This document shows positions 38,986 through 51,057 of a DNA stretch of 64,000 bases, piece by piece. The position numbers and the translations under genes are program-made. The notes beneath the pieces were generated by a model. The model was not told the origin of the DNA. It was given only the letters and a program-made list of their open reading frames with translations, and ran no database searches. This stretch comes from Botryllus schlosseri (lineage: Eukaryota), in the NCBI GenBank assembly GCA_051294905.1, contig CM119371.1:14882001-14946000 (forward strand), given 5' to 3'. Positions within the stretch are counted from its first letter, which is position 1. The number at the start of each line of letters is the position of its first letter.

Positions 38986-40320
38986 CAGGACTGTGGAGTC
39001 ATGACTCCATTCGAGTGGCAAATTTTTAGTGACTCGACTTAACTCGAGTCATTTTCTCAAGAGATGGAAAATGACGCGACTCAACCTGAGTCAATCTGTG
39101 CATTGACTCGACGTGTACTCGAGTCATTGCACATGCCTCGGACCAAGTCATATGACTCGAGTCTCGAACGGCCAATACTGACATTACCGCACCATTGCTA
39201 TTTTGTCTACTAGTACTGGTAAATGAGATTGCGACCAGAAACAGTTAAGAGTGTTGAAAACTTGTATATATACCAAGCCATATTACCGTAATTTTCCATG
39301 TATAATCCGCAAAATTTTCACGATTTTTTGCCCTAAAATCGGGGAGTGCGTATTATACATGGGAACAACACGCTTGAAAAAAATCTCCCTCGATAAAAAA
39401 CTTGAAATCACACCTTTCTTCATGTTTGTTTCCAATCGCCCATCACTTTCAGCCATCGTGCCCAGTAATTCGTATTATCAGTGTAACCACTACCAATTAG
39501 CAAAAAGCGTGTTGCCAATTAATGAGAGTCGTCTGCACAGCACGCAATCTCCTGCCGAGTTGGTTTGCCGTTTGCGCTCGAGCGAAATTAGGTCATTCAT
39601 TGATTGCTGAACGTGCGCGCGGCAATCCTCGCTGATTCATCGACAGGCAATGTGCGCAAAATATAATCGCTTGCGTAATCAGTCGCACCTCCAACAGGCG
39701 TGGTGTGCACGACATAACCGTTGGCCTGAGCAATCGCATCTGACTTCGTGCGCAAGATGTCGCGTCGCAGGCTTTGGCTGCTATCTACTATCGTACAGAG
39801 ACAATACCGTTACTTGTATAATGATTAGCAATCGCATCTGTAATAGGCCTCGTGCGCAAGACCTCGCGTCGCTGGCGCGAACTATCGCGTTGCCAGCCTT
39901 GCAGGCTTTGGCTGCTCTGTACTATCGTTTAGAGACAATGCCGTTAATTGCATAATGATTAGCAATGGTTATGTCATGATTGTTCGCCAGTGACATCGCA
40001 AAACAGAACAACATCGCGTACTAAAACACAGCTATTCATGTACTGTGAATGCAGGGTGAGTACTATACATGGGTACAGGCTTTTTTCCAGAATTTGCATG
40101 CCATTTTAAGGGTGCGTATTATACATGGGGGCGTACTATACTTGGAAATTTACGGTACTCGAGACTCAAGACGGCCAAAACCGGCATTTCCTTGTGATTT
40201 CGAGGAGAAGTCAAGTAACCACACTCTTGGGATTTCGTCTATTGGTACTGGTACTTGAAAATGCGACCAGAAACTGCTAAACGTAAGGAAAATTAGTATA
40301 TTATAAATTCGAACGATTCG
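38986..40320. mobile_element. GACTCGAGTC-family MITE remnant hosting a nested element
   Basis: Left end caggactgtg; segments match 6580-6880; right boundary approximate. Confidence 0.65.
39286..40155. mobile_element. Tc1/mariner-pogo-type MITE
   Basis: TIR ccgtaattttccatgtata / tatacttggaaatttacgg with TA TSD. Removing it restores a host motif similar to ccaagtcatatgactcgag at ~39143. Confidence 0.85.
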
Positions 40321-40885
40321 ATATCACCAAACAATTATAAAACTTACGGCATTTACACAATTCACTATACCACTTGTGATAATATTTCGAAAGGGTTAAT
40401 GAAACGTTTGGATCACAGCATCCACTACCAAACGAATAGTTAGAAATCACAAACGTAGCTTCAATACTCAATGTATTATGGGAAAATGTCCATCGGTCAA
40501 AGAAAAATGGAAGAATGATCTTGCCTCGATCATAGTTTATGCTTCTTCTACAGCTAGGTAACTCAACCCTTGCTATAAGTATTTTTTGTTTTCTGTTTTC
40601 ATTTCGTCATTCAGGTAGATGTTTTCTGTAACCAGTCGAAGAGGCTAATGTTGATGCTTTTGTTCTACTCTTAGAATTGACTGACTTCTATTTGAAAGTT
40701 TCGAAAATGTGTGATTGTATTCCACTGAAATTATCAATATTAACGTAGGTGGTTACCGGCAGTTATTAGTGCAGGTTATTTTGTCGATATGAATGATTTG
40801 TGTGTACTTTGACTCTAACCATGTGTATTTTAAAAACAGCACTATAATCTATAGAAATATCCTTGACAAGTTATTGGTTACCATT

Positions 40886-42197
40886 ATGCAGGTTGTTTGT
40901 CAAGATGTGGCAAGGCATGCTGTGAGGATGCTCGAGGAATTACATCGAATGAAGCAAGATGATGATCATTGTGATTTCATCATACAAGTCGGAGATGATG
41001 TCTATCGTACACACAAAAATGCATTGTCGGCTGGTTCCGCTTATTTTAGAGCCATGTTGAAATATGACACAAAAGAGAGTCGCGACAGAAAAGTTGTTTT
41101 GAAAGATGTGGATTCTCAGTGTGTGAAAAATTGCATCGATTTCATATATTCGGGTAAATTTGAGATTCCTGATGGAAGAATCATTGAACTTCTTCACGTT
41201 GCAATGATGATGCAGCTGGATGACGTAAAGCAAGCCGTATCCAATGCTTTGGAGGAATCAATCACCATTGAAACTGACCCACGTCTAAGTAACGACTTCG
41301 AGCTGTACAAATTGTTCAATGATCATATTATGAAAGCCTCCGTTAAGGCAAAAGAAGATAATGACGCTGAGAAAATGATAATTCTTTTTGATGATGCCGC
41401 AGAATGCCTCCAATCCTTTAATCCAATAACCGAGGAAATAGAAAAGTTCCATGATGCGGAGTTGCATTTCTCGTTGCATTTCACAGCTATTTCCCTTGAC
41501 TCATATATTTATGTCTTTTCTGAATCTAAATCTTTTCATCGACTCAATTTCCAGAGAAAAAATTCAAAATGGGAAAAGATGGATGATATGATTTATGACC
41601 ATGGTATGTCTCCAAGCTCGGTTTATTTAACTGGATCCATAATCGTTATTGGAGGAAGTGGTTATGCAGAAAAAGCTGACGTCGAAAGATTTGACCCATC
41701 TGTAAATCAATGGTTTCTACTTCGAAACAAACCATCAGCAATTTCTGATGCAACTCTCGTGTCATTGGATGGTTCCATCTATTGTATTGGAGGTTGGCGA
41801 GATGGTGTCGAAGTTTCTTCATTCTGCAGATTCACTCCATCCTCATCAGAGTGGGTTGATCTCGAGCCAATGATATATCATGCTGATAGCTGTGGTGTTG
41901 TTGCAGTTGATCAAAAGATATTTGTAACCGGTGGGTATAGTAAAGAAGATACTGTCAACAATGGTAGAATGTTACGATGTTACTTCGGCTCAATGGACTT
42001 CATTGCCATCTATGAATTCATGTCATGGCAACAATACTGCTTATCGCATCGGTAATTTGATTTATGTATTGGATGCTTTTGGCGGTCCTGATGTGATTTA
42101 GAAGTACGATTTATTGAACAAAAAATGGTAAAGAATGAAAGAAGCCGATAATCCAATCTATATCTGCGGATCTGTCATGGTGAAGGAGTATGGTTGA
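40886..42197 (+). pseudogene. BTB-Kelch copy G with an in-frame deletion of BACK
   Basis: EESITI joins ETDPRLSND at ~41270 (~100 codons missing). +1 frameshift at ~41963; TAG at 42099-42101. Confidence 0.9.
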
Positions 42198-42364
42198 AGG
42201 AGGACGCGGTATATTGTAAAGTGAACTAAATACCTATGTGAGTAGACTAATGTTTAAACATGCTCTGTTGAACTTGGAATAAGTCTCAGATCTGCTGAAG
42301 CTTCAAAGAGATGTTTCATTGTGTTTGAAACGCCGTTTTGTTGTAGTATGATCTGGTTGTACCT

Positions 42365-42722
42365 TAGAGGTGTAAAAAAAAACCTTTTTTTCATATTTCA
42401 TCGGCTTAATTGTCAAATCGCCAGGTTACCTAAAAAACATCGCACATCAAATTTGACTCAATTCCAACCAGTAGAAGCAGAGGTCAGTAAAATTGAAATT
42501 TCGGTCATTTTTGAAATAATAGTATTCACGATGACCAATTTCATCACACCGACATGACCAAAAATCGTGTTCTAGGTATACCTGAAGAGGCAGGGATGTC
42601 TTTTCCACTTGCTTTGATCTTGTCAAGGTCCTATGGTGGAGTTTGGGTGAAGACATCGCCAATAAACGAAAAAAAGATATGACACGGATTAGCTGGAACG
42701 GAAGTTTTTTTGAACACCCCTG
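42365..42722. mobile_element. hAT-type MITE in the 3' flank of copy G
   Basis: TIR tagaggtgtaaaaaaaaac / gtttttttgaacacccctg; TSD ttgtacct/ttgtacac. Empty site seen at ~579-590 after copy A. Confidence 0.75.
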
Positions 42723-43012
42723 TTGTACACATCTATTTGGAGACTGCTTCTTTGAGTGATAAACTTATTATTTGTTGATTAGATAATGACCATTCGTCTT
42801 TGCATCTGATGGATCTGGCGTCTCTGATTATAGAGCAAATTTTTGCAACTTTTTTTTTACAGCTTCCGCTAGCTTTCTAAATACTCAGAATTTATGTAGT
42901 ATGATGTTTTAAGCTGTTTGAAGGAATTTTACATTGCAACTTTCTCTTTTTTTTCATGCTACTTCAGTTCTTGTTCTAGTTTCGGATTTCAGAAAGTTGG
43001 TAGTTTTAGTAT

Positions 43013-43198
43013 TCATCTATGAATTTTTGTTGTTGTTTTAATACTGCTTATCACATTGGCAGCCGTATTTTTGTATTGGATAAGTCTCACTCGTTTGACA
43101 TTAAAAAGTACAATTTATTGAACAAAAAATGGTATGGCAGGAAAAATGAATCAGGTGCAGTTTTCTACATCAGCGGATCTGCAATTGTGAAGCTATAA
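43013..43198 (+). pseudogene. Orphan 3' fragment of a kelch-like copy
   Basis: SSMNFCCCFNTAYHIGSRIFVLDK...DIKKYNLLNKKWY...GSAIVKL*. Confidence 0.85.
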
Positions 43199-43807
43199 AC
43201 TGTCCCTTCAATTGAATGCCTCACGAATCTTAGCAGGAGAAGAGGTATTTTAATAGGCCTACAGCTCAAAACCTCCGAGAATACTGTGTAAACATGTATT
43301 CTTGAACTTTGAATAAGTGGTTATTATTCATATTAGAAACACGGTAGTAACGTTATTCATTGCGATTGTGTATCAATTATATGACAGATCAACGAGATCA
43401 CCGTACAGCTCCCTTGAGTGAGAAAATTGTTGATTGTTTTAATGACACATTTTAGAGTATCATTTAAATTATTTGAATGACCGAAATGAAGTTTTTTTCA
43501 GGTGACACTTTGTCGCATTTTATTTGAATCAATCGAATCCAACCTTAAACCCCAACTGTATTTTACATCTAGCCTGAGGTGGCCAAAATGGAAAAGGTGA
43601 GTAGTTTTGCCGACAATCTGTTCAAGTATAAGCAGTCCATAACATGATCACTCGAGTAAGTAATGCATAAAGACGAAACCTACTCTAGTACTAGAAAAAA
43701 ATTGCAGTACTTCGTTACTGACCATCTCTGGCTATATGTTCTTTAAGCTGAATAGCCAACATTATTATGAGCATATCAGCCACAATTCGAATGTGCTTTA
43801 CCATATC

Positions 43808-45853
43808 TTATCGGTAGTTTCCAATTATTGCCTACCGGTACTTGATTCCCCGTTGGGTACGCACTGTCAGCGTATGTAGTTCTGTTAGTATGTGATCAGT
43901 TGTCTGTTGCTTAAGGTGTTGTGTCTTTCGTTGTCGAATTTGAACTGTACGTATTGTGTATTTCATTTCTGTCCTGTTACAGAATTAGGTGAATAAAGCC
44001 TATTCCTAGGTCCGAACAATTTATTAAACTTATCCGATATTCATGATTATGACCTTGCCATTGGTGATTTGAAAGAGATAAATGTGAAGCAGAAGAACAC
44101 CATTGCGGACTGGCATGAATTACTGACTTGAAAACAACTGCCTGGCGAGGCTATGGACAGTTCTGTCATTCGACTGCAAAGACTGCGGGCGGGTGCTGGG
44201 CAGTTTCAGCTGAACACTCTTGGAGGTGATTTACGATGCCTTGATTGCAAGATTGCAATCGGCACCAATTCGCCAGAGACTTGTGGAAGAAAGCGCGTTG
44301 ACTTTCGGTGATGCCTACTAGAAGGCGCACACAATGGAAATCACTTCTAGGGATTCCGAAACTTAGCAAATTACTTCATCATGTGTCACAAGTATGCATG
44401 CGCGGAGACGACAAGGTGGGGATGAAACCCAGAATTAAGGTGGGAGCTCTCATCGAAAACCGACGTTTTCGAAGCGGATTTGTTTGTTTTGTGCAGATTC
44501 TATGCATCCTCGTGAATTGCCTGGCAAGAGATGCCGTACACTGATATTGTCAGATCACTGGCCACATTACTGGAAGTTATGTCAATATCGCCTACGAAAT
44601 CTTCCGCGTATCAATACGGTAAGCGCCTCAATACATGGCCCTGTATATCCTAGCACATGAGAAATAGAATTTGACCCGCGAACAACTGTATCAGCTACGG
44701 ATCGGTCAGAATGCAATGTTGAGGTTGTCAATTTGAACCTTCTTCATTGATGGATACTGGTCCTGGGGAATGTTTCATGTATCAACAATTTGGTGACAAA
44801 TATGGAGAAAAATTGAACATCCAGCCAATCGTTGGCGAGACTTCTATATGTGTGCCGATTGAAGGTTAATGCCTTGCTCGACACACCATGGGGAGTAACG
44901 ACCATCGAAATGTTTCATTCCACATACTGAAGAACTTTGGGACTGACGTCATCATCGACGAAAGAATATTCAAGGAACACAAAAGAGTCACATTCACGTT
45001 TTCGGGACCACGGACTCCGCTCACTCTTACCTTATCAAAATAGGCAGTTCCGTATCCGAAACCGTTCATAGTCACTTTGGCCAAGATACTCGCCCAGAAG
45101 CGGACAAGCTACGGAGGTACTTGCAGTCAGATCTCCCTTCATCGCAGAAGAAACGCAACGTCTGCTTGCTGACAATCTTATCGAGCCAAGTAATTCGCCT
45201 TGGAGAGCTCAGGTAGCTACTTGTTGTCAGAAACAAACATTCTACCAATCGACGAATGGTCACTGGTCAGTGAATACTGCTGGAGAATTGACCAAATCAC
45301 TCAACTTGACACCTATCCTCTGTGCCACGCATCTAGTATATTGTGAATAAGCTTGCTCGACAAATGGCGCCTCCATTCCGTCATAGTTGAAGCTTGAGAC
45401 CATGTCCTATTTACGTCAAGCGACATGAAGGATGAGCCCTTGGTGGACGATGCGGAGCTTCTCAAACCATACCCTGCTTACGCCCATGTCCGACTTAACG
45501 TCGGCAGATAAACTATGGTATCGGTTCGGGATATGTCAACACGCAGTAACACCGACGAAACTGGCGGAGCAGAATTTGGTAACTACAGCGAAGATTGTTC
45601 GGGTGGACAACTCCCTAGCAAATACGCCGCCATTCGTAATGACGCCATTGCCACCAGCACCGAGGACGGAAATAACGAAAATACGAACATTGAGCCTGAA
45701 AGACCACCGTTTCGTCTTTCAACGCGTGCTCGGAAGGCAGCAGATCAATACGACGCAGTATGTATCTATTATTGACAACGTATCACACCCCCGTAATTGG
45801 TTCCTGTTGAGTACGCACACCCAACGTATGTAGTCCTTTTAGTATGTGATCAG
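43808..45853 (+). mobile_element. Gypsy LTR-retrotransposon remnant 2 (5' LTR ~43808-44018, gag, protease, RT start, integrase tail, partial 3' LTR)
   Basis: LTR core gtacgca...cgtatgtagt...ttagtatgtgatcag at both ends; AATAAA then ...CA. Gag QSAPIRQRLVE and zinc-knuckle relic; protease LMDTG (~44750); IEPSNSPWRAQV. Confidence 0.85.
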
Positions 45854-46629
45854 AAGGGCGATTTTTCGTTACCTGAAAACGATATATTTTGAGCTGGTAG
45901 GAACATGTGCTTTCAATTTCAACTATTTTGGAATAACCTGAGCAAAAAGCGGATGAGATATCTCAATCCACTGTCGATTCTGTTGTGTTCGTGAATTCTT
46001 GTGAATTTACTTTCTATAACTCTTTTATAACTTGATGCTTATTTCATGTTAAAGTTTATTGCTTGACTGTCTTGTATTATCTGTCATGTGTCAATTGTGT
46101 CATTCATCTTTATGAGCAGTTTTTTGGCGATGAACCATTTTTCACACTCGTACACCTTCTTCAATTCAATGGTGTTGTCTCACTGCGTTCCTCTTCCTAA
46201 ATTGCAGGTCCAAATTTTGTTTCATTTCTATTCGTTTTCTCACAGGAATTGAAACTAGCGATATTCTAGTGTAAAACCGTGTCCCAGCTCCGCTGTATGA
46301 TTTGAAACAGAATTTTTAGATTGTTGGACAAGATTCTCCTGATTCGAATGGATTGATTGTTCGACAGTTTCATATGCTCAAAAATCAGATCCCGCTTAAC
46401 ACGGAAACATGAGCATACGGAGATGTCATAGGTCAACTTTCATAACCGATTGGCTTTATTAGTCTTCGTTTTTCCAACATATGGATGATTGCCCAATGCC
46501 CATCTTATAGCAGTAGCTGGTCTGTCGTTAAGCCATGTTAATAACTGTAATTAGCCGAAGATATCGACAGTACCCTACTCTGAAATTTTTTGATTTTGAC
46601 ATGGCACCCTGGTAAATGAGTGTCTACAG

Positions 46630-47447
46630 CAGGGGTCACCAACACGCGGCCCGCGAGGTCATTTTTTGCGGCCCGCGACTTGATTTGAGATTTCGGAAGA
46701 AAGCTAAGAAAACATTTTGAAATGCTGAAATTGACGTTCAATGGCCCAAACACTCCCACGACCAAGACGCTTAGAAAATGGCTTAGGGCAGTGGCTCTGA
46801 AACCTCCCTTGTGGGGGCGCGAAAGTATCTGAACGGGTCGTGAAGCTGCGGTCAACTGAAAAATTTTTCGCGCTCCACGCGATTTACGTCGGATCTGTGG
46901 TTACAGTTATTGGTCTGCTGTATATAATCCGGAATTCATATTATAAAATTCTCTCATTAACATTCATAACCTTCCATGCCACCTAACTATCTGTTGGGAT
47001 TGTAAGTATTATGGATGCATTTTGTGATATGACGATAAGGGGCGTGAAATTTTTCAGTATCATAAAGGGGGCATGTCTAAACAGGTTTAAGAACCACTGG
47101 CTTCGGGCATCCGCACACGATCAAGCTTTACGTGGAGATGGTCTATCAGCTAGTAATGTATCTCGCTAGCCCCCAGAAGCGTTTCCAGGTATCTTGCACA
47201 GCTCAGAGTTTAAGATAAAATGAAATTGATGACAGTGATCCTTTGTTGTATTTTTATTCCTTTGATAAAATATCACTTCTTTTGTCGTCATTACACCCTT
47301 CGCCTATGTTCGGTAGCACAGCGTTGTACTGACGTAGAGTTTTAAAACGTGGTTGCCTACTTGATATCGATAGTAAATTCATGCGGCCCGCGGCCGCTTG
47401 GAAATTTGAAAAGTGGCCCGCGACCCGTTTTGAGTTGGCGACCCCTG
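46630..47447. mobile_element. hAT Charlie/Buster-like MITE with nested MITE 46789-47099, upstream of copy H
   Basis: TIR caggggtcaccaac / gttggcgacccctg; perfect TSD gtctacag. Inner TSD gcttaggg/gcttcggg. Confidence 0.9.
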
Positions 47448-47748
47448 GTCTACAGTGTCTATCTGCTTTCACCAAGCTCCCTGAAGTTGGTTTTTACTGC
47501 AAATCTTGACATTTTGATTAGCACTCAGAAGTCAGTTTTGACCATTTTCTTGTCCATTCATTGGCTCTATGCTACATGCATCACTATATCGTAATGTTCC
47601 AGTTGATATGTACTGTACAGTTCATATTGATTTGGCCTATTCTGACTCATTTCATGGGATACGTGTGATTATTCATGTTTACTGCCAAAACAGATTATGT
47701 CTTCAATTCTCTTTTATACAGCATATGCTTAATTAGTGACCAGCGATT

Positions 47749-49350
47749 ATGGTGCGAATGGTATGTTTGGATGCAGAAAAGCATGGAGCATCTATGATGG
47801 CTGAATTACATCAAATGAAGCAAGATAACGATCATTGTGATTTCATAATTCAAGTCGGAGATGATGTCTATCCTACCCACAAAAATGTATTGTCGGCTGG
47901 TTCCGCATATTTTAGAGCGATGCTGAAACACGACACAAAAGAGAGTTGCGAAGGAAGAGTCGTTTTAAAAGATGTGGATTCAGAATGTGTCAAAAGTTGC
48001 ATTGATGTTATATATTCGAGTAAATTTGAGATTCCAGATGGAAAAACCATTGAACTTCTTCACGTCGCAATTATGATGCAGTTGGAAGATGTGAGAGATG
48101 CAATATCCGATATTTTGGCAGAATCAATTACTGTTGAGAATTACTTCTCTACAAGAAATGCTGGTGATATTTATGGACTGGTTGATGTCACATCAGGATG
48201 TAGAATATTTTTACAAGAAAATAGCATGGAAATCGCAAATGAGGCTGGATTTGGAAGCGTTGAAAAAAGTGACTTCTTAACTCTCTTGAAGTCGGCAAAA
48301 TCAAAGTTATGGGAAGAAGATAAATTAGTTTTAACGCTCAAGTGGATCGAAAGATGTGGAAAGAAAGAAAATTTGTATGAATGTCTAGAATTGATTGAAT
48401 TAGTCGAAATCTCTCCTGTGTTTTTGCAAGAACTTCTGGAAACTCACTCCATTTTCAAGCGCGATTCCAAGTTGCATGATTTGATCAGGAGCCATATTCG
48501 GAAAGCATCAGTTGAACTGGTAAAAAAGAAGGAAATGATAATCCTTTTTGACAAGGATACCGATTGTATTCGATCCTTTAATCCCATTTCTGAGAAAATA
48601 ACCAAGTTTCACGATGCAAAGTTTCGGCATTTCGATTGTTTTGAAACAATTGTTCTCCACCAGTATATTTACGTTTTATGTCAGAATAAATCTGTTCACC
48701 GGCTCAATTTTAAGAGAAAAAATTCAAATTGGCAAAAGATGGAAGACATGATACTTGACCACGGGCGGTTCCCTTGCTCAGTGACATTGTCAGGATCCAT
48801 ATTTGTCATCGGAGGCAGTATTGACAAAGAATCAAACGGTGTTGAAAGATTTGACCCCTCTGTAAATAAATGGATTCAACTGCAAAAAAGGCCTACAGCA
48901 ATTTGTGATGCAAGCCTTGTATCACTGGATGATTCCATTTATTGTATAGGAGGCTGGCGAGATGATGTCGAAGTTTCTTCATTCTGTAGATTCACTCCAT
49001 CCTTGTCACAGTGGGTTGATCTTGAACCAATGGGATATACTGTGTGTAACTGTGGTGTTGTTGCAATTGATCAAAATATATTTGTGATTGGTGGGTCGAC
49101 TTACGATTCTAGCATAGATATTGTTAAATGTTACGATGTCACCTCGGCTCAGTGGACTTCATTGCCATCTATGACTTATGGAAGTTGCAACACAGCTTAT
49201 CACATCGGCAACTGGATTTATATAATGGAAGATTACAGCGAATCTTATTACATTGGGAAGTACGATTTGATAAACAGAAAATGGCATAGAGTGGATGGCG
49301 GTGCAGATCAATATTTTCTACTTCACGGATCTGCAATGGTGAAGGTATAG
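47749..49350 (+). CDS. Intact kelch-like protein (BTB-BACK-Kelch, 533 aa), copy H; putative Cullin-3 substrate adaptor
   Basis: Single uninterrupted ORF: BTB (HCDFIIQVG, HKNVLSAGSAYFRAM), BACK (ITVENYF...LKW), kelch repeats (IFVIGG...VERFDP...W). No one-to-one KLHL orthologue is recognisable by eye. Confidence 0.95.
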   Translation: MVRMVCLDAEKHGASMMAELHQMKQDNDHCDFIIQVGDDVYPTHKNVLSAGSAYFRAMLKHDTKESCEGRVVLKDVDSECVKSCIDVIYSSKFEIPDGKTIELLHVAIMMQLEDVRDAISDILAESITVENYFSTRNAGDIYGLVDVTSGCRIFLQENSMEIANEAGFGSVEKSDFLTLLKSAKSKLWEEDKLVLTLKWIERCGKKENLYECLELIELVEISPVFLQELLETHSIFKRDSKLHDLIRSHIRKASVELVKKKEMIILFDKDTDCIRSFNPISEKITKFHDAKFRHFDCFETIVLHQYIYVLCQNKSVHRLNFKRKNSNWQKMEDMILDHGRFPCSVTLSGSIFVIGGSIDKESNGVERFDPSVNKWIQLQKRPTAICDASLVSLDDSIYCIGGWRDDVEVSSFCRFTPSLSQWVDLEPMGYTVCNCGVVAIDQNIFVIGGSTYDSSIDIVKCYDVTSAQWTSLPSMTYGSCNTAYHIGNWIYIMEDYSESYYIGKYDLINRKWHRVDGGADQYFLLHGSAMVKV

Positions 49351-51057
49351 ATCACTGATTCTTCAACTGAATGCCGTGCCTCTCCAAGGAGGACGATGCA
49401 TATTCGAACATGAACTAAATCCTCTGTGTAAATAATATTTCAATGAGCATTATTGAGCATGGGATAAGTTTTAGTTGTGCCAAAACTTCAAACTGATTTC
49501 TTTGTGGATTTGAAATGACATTGTGTTTCGTTCAATCTGATTGCATGATGCATATCTACTAGATGACATCTCATTTGTATGACAAAATTGGTGTTATTCA
49601 GGTCATACATTTAAAAGTACAGTTTCAATCGTTAGAATACAGAAATGAAGCAGTTTCGAGTAAGACTTGGCTACGTTATATTGTGTGCCTGATAAATCGA
49701 GTCTTACACCTAGCCCTTATCCAACCTCTCTAAACCTAAACTCATCAAAACGGCGAATCCGAATTCATAACCCTGACCATATTTGTCATTGACTCTGGAA
49801 TTGATTTGACCTTGCGACCTGTACTTGACGTATTTGTACCTCAAATTTCATTATCACTCATTAATTTTCATTCAAACGTGATGTTAGAATCGTTTCAAGT
49901 GTGTACCGTTTAATCCATGTATTGTATACCCACGTTTCGTTTTGACCGACTTCAGAGCTTGGAGCCACAATAAAAAATTCTGAAGCAAACTCGTTCTGCA
50001 TGTATGTATGTCTATCTAAAAGATAACCTATTTGTTCAACACAGACTTGGACAAATAGATAATTCTAGTTGTCTAATTTCATTAAATTGGAGCGAAATGC
50101 CGGTAATCTAATTCTAATATAATTTGGAAAAGCTGAAAATTTTCTAGTTGTCTGGTTCAACAGAGTTTAACAAAGTTGGCTATGAATTCTATTTGAAATG
50201 GCTATACTGCAGCCATGCTGTTCAGTCGAGTGTGGCGAAGCTTATGAAACACTCCATTTTCGCGGCGGTCTATAAGTGTAGAATTTGATTTTGGAGATAT
50301 TTTGTGGAGTCGCACTTGCATACTGCATAGCATTTGAGCCTCGAAATCAGAGATTGTCAGTAACACATGACTTCTAATTTTTGGGAGAACTCAATTTGAT
50401 TCTGCTCAATTGCACCACTTACCGTGCTCAAGTTCGTGTGATGTTAGGCTCCTCGTCGACTAAATTTCTAGTCAAAACTATTCTATGAATTTCAGGTTTT
50501 GTGACGTAGATTGTAATTTTGTGGTATGTTCCCATCGCCTGTATGAGCAAAATACCAACTGGGCTATGGCGACTGCGTGACGGAATATAGCGATTTTTAA
50601 AAATTGCAGCGATCCGTAGTTATTTTCCTGTGATCGTGAATATATTCCCTGTAATTTTGAAAGAACCCTCCTATAATTACTCGCTAAGACAGGGGTTCTC
50701 AACCTGGGGGGCGCGGGAGGCTCTCAGGGGGGGCGCGAGAAATTGACGAAGTCAGTATAAATTGTACGTGTCTAAACATGTGTTTCACATCCATTATGAC
50801 AAGACGATTAATGAAGATGAAATTTTTTCCATATTCAAGAAAGCTTGCAACTCTAGCAACCGCGCTCAACGGAGTATAGTATGATTTCAACTTCATTTGA
50901 GCAAATTTTTGAAATTCTTTTGAGATATAGAGAGCAATTCCCACGTGCAAGTCATTCATTGCTTCATAGCTTTGACAGTAGCCTAAAGCTTGTCGCGCTG
51001 GGCAGCTGTTGTTGGTAGCTTGCGAACTGCACTGCCTAAGACAGACTTCGATGCAAC

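Noticed and set aside
1..49350. Endogenous poxvirus-like origin of the intronless BTB-kelch genes
   Set aside because: No viral core genes, long transposon-filled spacers and splice-like upstream signals. A phylogeny would be needed to exclude it formally.
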